Shown piece by piece: positions 57,545 to 64,000 of a stretch of 64,000 nt of DNA. Source of the stretch: Eledone cirrhosa. Its lineage: Eukaryota. Made by a program: the position numbers and the translations under genes. The stretch's first letter is position 1, and each line of letters begins with the position of its first letter. The notes under the pieces were generated by a model. That model was not told where the DNA came from. It made no database searches and saw only the letters and a program-made list of their open reading frames with translations. The stretch lies in NCBI GenBank assembly GCA_964016885.1, contig OZ024749.1, positions 12,524,001 to 12,588,000 of the forward strand, read 5' to 3'.

Positions 57545-58090
57545 ATTATTTCAGATTTAGGCACAAGGCCAACAATTTTGGGGCGAGGAGAAAGTCAACT
57601 AAATTGACCCCAGTCCATTACTGATACTCTATTTTACCGACCCCGTAAGGATGATGAAAGGCAAAGTTAACCATGGCAGGATTTGAAATCAGAACGTAAA
57701 GGGCAGTAACTCTATGCTGCAAAGCATGTTGCCCAAAGCTCTACTGACACTGCCAATCCACTGCCCTCAATAATAACAATAATAAAAACAATAATAATAA
57801 TAATTTCTACTATAGGCACAAGGCCAGTAATTGTGGGGGAGGGGAAAGTTGATTAAATTGACCCCAGGGGGTTACTGGAACTTTATTTATAATAATTAAT
57901 TGTTTCTACTTTTGGCACAAGGCCAGCAATTATCCAGTAGATTACTGGTACTTTATTTTATCGACCCCATAAGGATGAAAGGCAAAGTTAACCTCGGCAG
58001 GATTTGAACTCAGAATGGCAAGGGCCGTAACTCTATGCGTCAAAGCATGGCGTCCGACCCTCTACCGATACTGCCAATTCACCGCCCTTT
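57545..58090 (-). mobile_element. Cluster of ~3 minus-strand SINE B copies
   Basis: Reverse complement of the 55052-56147 copies. Confidence 0.88.
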
Positions 58091-58184
58091 ATAATTTATA
58101 ATAATTAATAATGGTTTCTTTATTAGCCACACAGGGCTTACATTAAGAGGACAATAAAGATGGTAAAGGATGGGATACAGTTTC

Positions 58185-59668
58185 AATATAACTCTAATAT
58201 AACATGGCATATATCACATAACATTTCTATAGAGTTACAATACAGCTAATGTAACATGATATATGTCACATAACATTTCTATAGAGCTACAGTACAGCCC
58301 TAGTGTAACATGATATATGTCACATAACATTTCTATAGAGTTACAATACAGCCCTAGTGTAACATGATATATGTCACATAACATTTCTATAGAGTTACAA
58401 TACAGCCCTAGTGTAACATGATATATGTCACATAACATTTCTATAGAGTTACAATACAACTCTAATGTAACATGATATATGTCACATAACATTTCTATAC
58501 AGTTACAATACAACTCTAATGTAACATGATATATGTCACATAACATTTCTATAGAGTTACAATACAACTCTAATGTAACATGACATGTCACATAACATTT
58601 CTATACAGTTACAATACAACTCTACTGTAACATGATATATGTCACATAACATTTCTATACAGTTACAATACAACTCTAATGTAACATGACATGTCACATG
58701 ATATTTCTATACAGTTACAATACAACTCTAATGTAACATGATATATGTCACATAACATTTCTATACAGTTACAATACAACTCTAATGTAACATGATATAT
58801 GTCACATAACATTTCTATAGTTACAATACAACTCTAATGTAACATGACATGTCACATAACATTTCTATACAGTTACAATACAACTCTACTGTAACATGAT
58901 ATATGTCACATAACATTTCTATAGAGTTACAATACAACTCTAATGTAACATGACATGTCACATAACATTTCTATACAGTTACAATACAACTCTAATGTAA
59001 CATGACATGTCACATAACATTTCTATACAGTTACAATACAACTCTACTGTAACATGATATATGTCACAACAGTTCTATACAGTTACAATACAACTCTACT
59101 GTAACATGATATATGTCACAACAGTTCTATACAGTTACAATACAACTCTAATGTAACATGATATATGTCACAACAGTTCTATACAGTTACAATACAACTC
59201 TACTGTAACATGATATATGTCACATAACATTTCTATAGTTACAATACAACTCTAATGTAACATGATATATGTCACATAACATTTCTATAGAGTTACAATA
59301 CAACTCTAATGTAACATGACATGTCACATAACATTTCTATACAGTTACAATACAACTCTACTGTAACATGATATATGTCACAACAGTTCTATACAGTTAC
59401 AATACAACTCTACTGTAACATGATATATGTCACAACAGTTCTATACAGTTACAATACAACTCTACTGTAACATGATATATGTCATAACATTTCTATACAG
59501 TTACAATACAACTCTAATGTAACATGACATGTCACATAATATTTCTATACAGTTACAATACAACTCTAATGTAACATGACATGTCACATAATATTTCTAT
59601 ACAGTTACAATACAACTCTAATGTAACATGACATGTCACATAATATTTCTATACAGTTACAATACAAC
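58185..59668. repeat. ~50-54-bp minisatellite, ~28 copies
   Basis: aacatttctatacagttacaatacaactctaatgtaacatgatatatgtcacat units. Confidence 0.95.
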
Positions 59669-60111
59669 AGCAGTCAGCACAAAGTCTAGTGGCTAGGGTG
59701 TTAGTCTAGGTAACATGTGATCTTGAGCATGATACTTCATATCACATTGCTTTTGATTGGACTGGAACATTATCATTAAAACACCAAAGAAACCTGTTAT
59801 GAGATACAACCTTACAAGGGGCTAAACCTATGATAGGGCTGAGGCCCTATCATTGACACATCAGGGAAATTTCCTATTAGATGCAGCCTCATAGAAGACC
59901 AGCTAAACCTACATAGTTATGAGCTGTAATAACAGCAACAACATGATAGGTTAGGGGCCAATATCATTAAAACACCAGGATAGCTCCCTATGGGGTGCAA
60001 CCTTATAGAAGTCTAGATGATCCTGCATAGGTGTGAACTGAGCTGTAAATCTAAATTCAATGATAACTAGACAAGAGATTAAGAGAGAAAGACAGTGTGT
60101 AATATACTTAC

Positions 60112-60242
60112 ATGTTCTGTGACTATGGCTGCCCTCTCTTGGAATGACATGATAGCATCAGATATCTTCACATTGAGCGGGTCAACGACTGATTCTATGT
60201 TGAATGGTCCATCGAGTTGGTGTGTGACTTGCTCCAGGGCCT
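60112..60242 (-). CDS. GPC4/6 (dlp-like): Glypican exon (131 nt); upstream exons lie beyond the window
   Basis: tacag|AG ... CAT|gtaagt; QLDGPFNIESVVDPLNVKISDAIMSFQE matches the GPC4/6 LEGPFNIESV.DPIDVKIS.AIM signature. Confidence 0.95.
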
Positions 60243-60929
60243 CTGTATACAACATAACTCGAGATATAGGAACAGCCAGGAAAGGCAGTAACAGAAAAGA
60301 ATTCAATTATAGCTAGGAGGGAGTGGGGAGATTTAATAAGCTAACAATAAAAGATTGATGCTAGAGCTGTGAAATCTTGCATGAACTTTTCAGCCGACCC
60401 TTGTAATTAGGGGAAAAAAAACGAAAAAAAAAAGAAAAGAAAAAGAAAGCAATTAGCTGGCTGATATGCAGTTCAGGTTTGTGCTGGAATGGCATGTGGC
60501 CTAGTGGTTAGAGTTGATTTGGGATCATAAAGTCATGGGTTTGAATTCTACTCAAGGTGGTACATTGTATCCTTCAGGAAGTTGCTTCATTTCACATTGC
60601 TCCAGTCCATCCAGCTTAAAAAGAAAAAAATGTCCAGCACCAACTGGGGTGTTTAGCTCTGCAATGGACTGGCGTCTGATCCAGAAAGGAGTGGGGTTGG
60701 ATGGGGTTTACAACAACAACATGATAGGACTGGAGCCCGTATCATTAAAACACCGTCTTATGAGATGCAACTTTGTAGGAAGCCAGCTACATAGGTGTGA
60801 ACTGTAACAACAACCACATCATACAACTGCTGCCCCTACCATTAAAACTTCTATGAGATACAATCTTGTAGGAGGCCAGCTAAAATTACATAAGTCTCTA
60901 TCATTATAACAACATATATGTGAGCTGTA

Positions 60930-61170
60930 ACAACATGATAGAACTGGGGTCTCTATCATTATAACAACATGATAGAACTGGGGTCTCTATCATTATAACA
61001 ACATGATAGAACTTGGGTCTCTATCATAACAACATGATAGAACCGGGGTCTCTATCATAACAACATGATAGAACTGGGGTCTCTATCATTATAACAACAT
61101 GATAGAACTGGGGTCTCTATCATTATAACAACATGATAGAACTGGGGTCTCTATCATTATAACAACATAG
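60930..61170. repeat. ~31-34-bp minisatellite
   Basis: aacaacatgatagaactggggtctctatcattat units. Confidence 0.9.
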
Positions 61171-61377
61171 ATGTGAGCTGTAACAACATATCTCACTATT
61201 ACATAATTGGGTACCAGTAAGGTTTTTGTCTGAGTGAGATAACTACAGGACAAGTTGTTGGTTAAGTGCAAGACACTCAACCCAGCATTTGTTGACCTGG
61301 AGATGAGCTTTCATAGGACTACTGCTTCTAGGTGTATACTTAAGTTAAAACTATTATAAAGGTGTGATGGAATAGCA

Positions 61378-62352
61378 GAATTGGTGGCTCAGTGGTGTGG
61401 TGGAATTGGTGGTTCAGTGGTGTGGTGGAATTGGTGGTTCAGTGGTGTGGTGGAATTGGTGGCTCGGTGGTGTGGTGGAATTGGTGGTTCAGTGGTGTGG
61501 TGGAATTGGTGGCTCAGTGGTGTGGTGGAATTGGTGGTTCAGTGGTGTGGTGGAATTGGTGGTTCAGTGGTGTGGTGGAATTGGTGGTTCAGTGGTGTGG
61601 TGGAATTGGTGGTTCAGCGGTGTGGTGGAATTGGTGGTTCAGCGGTGTGGTGGAATTGGTGGCTCAGCGGTGTGGTGGAATTGCTGGCTCAGCGGTGTGG
61701 TGGAATTGCTGGCTCAGCGGTGTGGTGGAATTGCTGGCTCAGCGGTGTGGTGGAATTGCTGACTCAGTGGTGTGGTGGAATTGCTGGCTCAGTGGTGTGG
61801 TGGAATTGCTGGCTCAGTGGTGTGGTGGAATTGGTGGCTCAGTGGTGTGGTGGAATTGGTGGCTCAGTGGTGTGGTGGAATTGGTGGTTCAGTGGTGTGG
61901 TGGAATTGGTGGTTCAGTGGTGTGGTGGAATTGGTGGCTCAGCGGTGTGGTGGAATTGCTGGCTCAGCGGTGTGGTGGAATTGCTGGCTCAGCGGTGTGG
62001 TGGAATTGCTGGCTCAGCGGTGTGGTGGAATTGCTGGCTCAGTGGTGTGGTGGAATTGCTGGCTCAGTGGTGTGGTGGAATTGGTGGCTCAGTGGTGTGG
62101 TGGAATTGCTGGCTCAGTGGTGTGGTGGAATTGGTGGCTCAGTGGTGTGGTGGAATTGCTGGCTCAGTGGTGTGGTGGAATTGCTGGCTCAGTGGTGTGG
62201 TGGAATTGGTGGCTCAGTGGTGTAGTGGAATTGCTGGCTCAGCAGTGGTGGAATTGGTGGCTCAGTGGTGTGGTGGAATTGGTGGCTCAGTGGTGTGGTG
62301 GAATTGCTGGCTCAGTGGTGTGGTGGAATTGCTGGCTCAGTGGTGTGGTGGT
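61378..62352. repeat. 25-bp minisatellite, ~39 copies
   Basis: tggtggctcagtggtgtggtggaat units. Confidence 0.96.
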
Positions 62353-63019
62353 GTGGTGGTATCACAGAATTGGCGGCTCAATGGTGTATTGGTATACTTG
62401 AATCAGTTGCTAAGTGGTGTAAATGCTCAGTAAAGCATACTTATATTTTTTTCTTTTTATGTCCACAGTTGAAATCCAAAGTCAAATTCTGCCTTTCATC
62501 ATCTGGTTGTTAAAATAAAGTACCAGTTGTGCACTGGGTCCATTTAATCAACTGTAACCCCTGTCACTATGTTAGAAATAAATGCTGATGTTATTAATTA
62601 TATCAATTGATTGGGATGAAAATAGATAGTTGAAAGAGTTATAGGAATTATGTTAATGAGATGAAATTAATGAACCAATATTAAAGTGATATTATAGTTG
62701 CCGTAGCAACTGAAGTGACATGAAATATAATTATCCACATGAAATATAATTATCAAATAAACAACAACAACAATGATAACAGATGATAATTTCTTTGAAT
62801 TAGTTTGGTTTGACAGGTTTACAAATTTATCAATTCATATTTTTCATATACTCTGATATAACACAACCAACCATACACACACACACACCCAAACATGCTC
62901 TAATAATTACAGGACATATAAACCCACTGGATGGAAAAAGATGGGCATCAGCTCACATGGAAGGTGAAACCACACATCTTGCTTGTTTGCCAGTGAAAAA
63001 GAAGTGTGGGTTTGACTCC

Positions 63020-63077
<58 letters not shown>

Positions 63078-63098
63078 ATATATATATATATATAATAT

Positions 63099-63447
63099 TA
63101 GGATTGGTGCTCTGAAATAGCGATGTATACATGAATGTATGTATAGTATATTTGGCAATATACTGTATGTTTAATTAAAAACATTTTGAAGACCATACGC
63201 TATCAGGTTTTAAAGTAGTGACTATGTCACTTACTTCTTTTCGGTGAAAGAAGCCAGAGAAGCTAACAGTCTGTTTCATGCTGTTTAGCGATCACCAGAG
63301 CCACGCACTCCTTCTTCCGCCGAAAATTATAGAAGCTGGATTCTTATAGAATTCTAGTAATAATCAGGAGCTGATTATACAGAGCAATTGCCGGTCCATC
63401 AAAAATTAAGTACTAGGATTGGTGCTCTGAAATAGCGATGTATACAT
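63099..63447 (+). mobile_element. pLTR/retrozyme-like unit with a 34-bp direct repeat at a 315-bp period
   Basis: taggattggtgctctgaaatagcgatgtatacat at 63099 and 63414; degenerate ctgatta..cagagca/tgctctg-aaa. Confidence 0.5.
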
Positions 63448-63450
63448 AAG

Positions 63451-64000
63451 ACTGGCTGTCCATGGGAACTTCTCTACGCTGACGATCTGGCTCTTATAGC
63501 AGAATCAGTAGAGGAGCTAGAGAATAAATTCCGGCTATGGAAACAGCAGTTGGAAGCAAGAGGACTGAGAGTAAATCTAGCTAAGACAAAAGTGTTGATG
63601 AGTAGAAAAGAGGACAAAACCCTGATTCTGTCAGGGAAATGGCCATGTACGATATGCAGAAAAGGAACTGGCATAAATTCTATAAAATGCACACAATGCA
63701 GGTCCTGGGTACACAAGAGATGTAGCGGGATAGCAGGCAAACTAACAGGTAGGGAGAAATATGTATGCAGTAGATGTACAGGGAAATTAGACAGTAGAAG
63801 TCGCACTGATAGACACATTTTTCAAATGCGAGAGGGCGCTATAGAAGTGGTGGATAGCTTCCGGTACCTAGGAGATCAGATTAGCATGGGAGGAGGGTGT
63901 TCCGAGGCCATAGTATCTAGAATAAGGACGGGTTGGAAGAAGTTTAGGGAGCTGCTTCCTCTGTTGACGAAGAAGGGTTTCTCCCTGCGTACGAAAGGCC
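63451..64000 (+). mobile_element. 5'-truncated RTE LINE; RT frame open to the window end, with a PHD finger
   Basis: TGCPWELLYADDL...GLRVNLAKTK...C4HC3 finger...FRYLGD; no stops in ~183 codons. Confidence 0.93.

Noticed and set aside
61381-62433. 350-aa W/G/V-rich ORF
   Set aside because: 25-bp minisatellite open in all three frames

Overview
AT-rich, repeat-dominated eukaryotic (animal) genomic DNA. The large (TA)n/(TACA)n tracts and the SINE/LINE content suggest a mollusc, probably an octopod; this is inference. One host gene is supported: the last four coding exons of a glypican (GPC4/6, dally-like type) on the minus strand (60242-52861), with phase-consistent GT-AG junctions, an RNRR furin-like site, Ser-Gly GAG sites and a GPI-type tail. 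The rest is transposon debris and satellites: CR1-like, RTE (one with a complete PHD finger inside the RT), CRE-like and Penelope-like (PLE) retroelements, three tRNA-derived SINE families, mariner/Tc1/hAT/Tigger-like pieces and about 12 minisatellites. The most notable structure is a ~4.9 kb head-to-head Penelope-like palindrome (30657-35555) with a minimal hammerhead ribozyme motif at each outer end. There is also a recurring set of short hammerhead-bearing fold-back elements in TA microsatellites whose breakpoints fall at the ribozyme. Most long ORFs in the supplied track are microsatellite or minisatellite artefacts.
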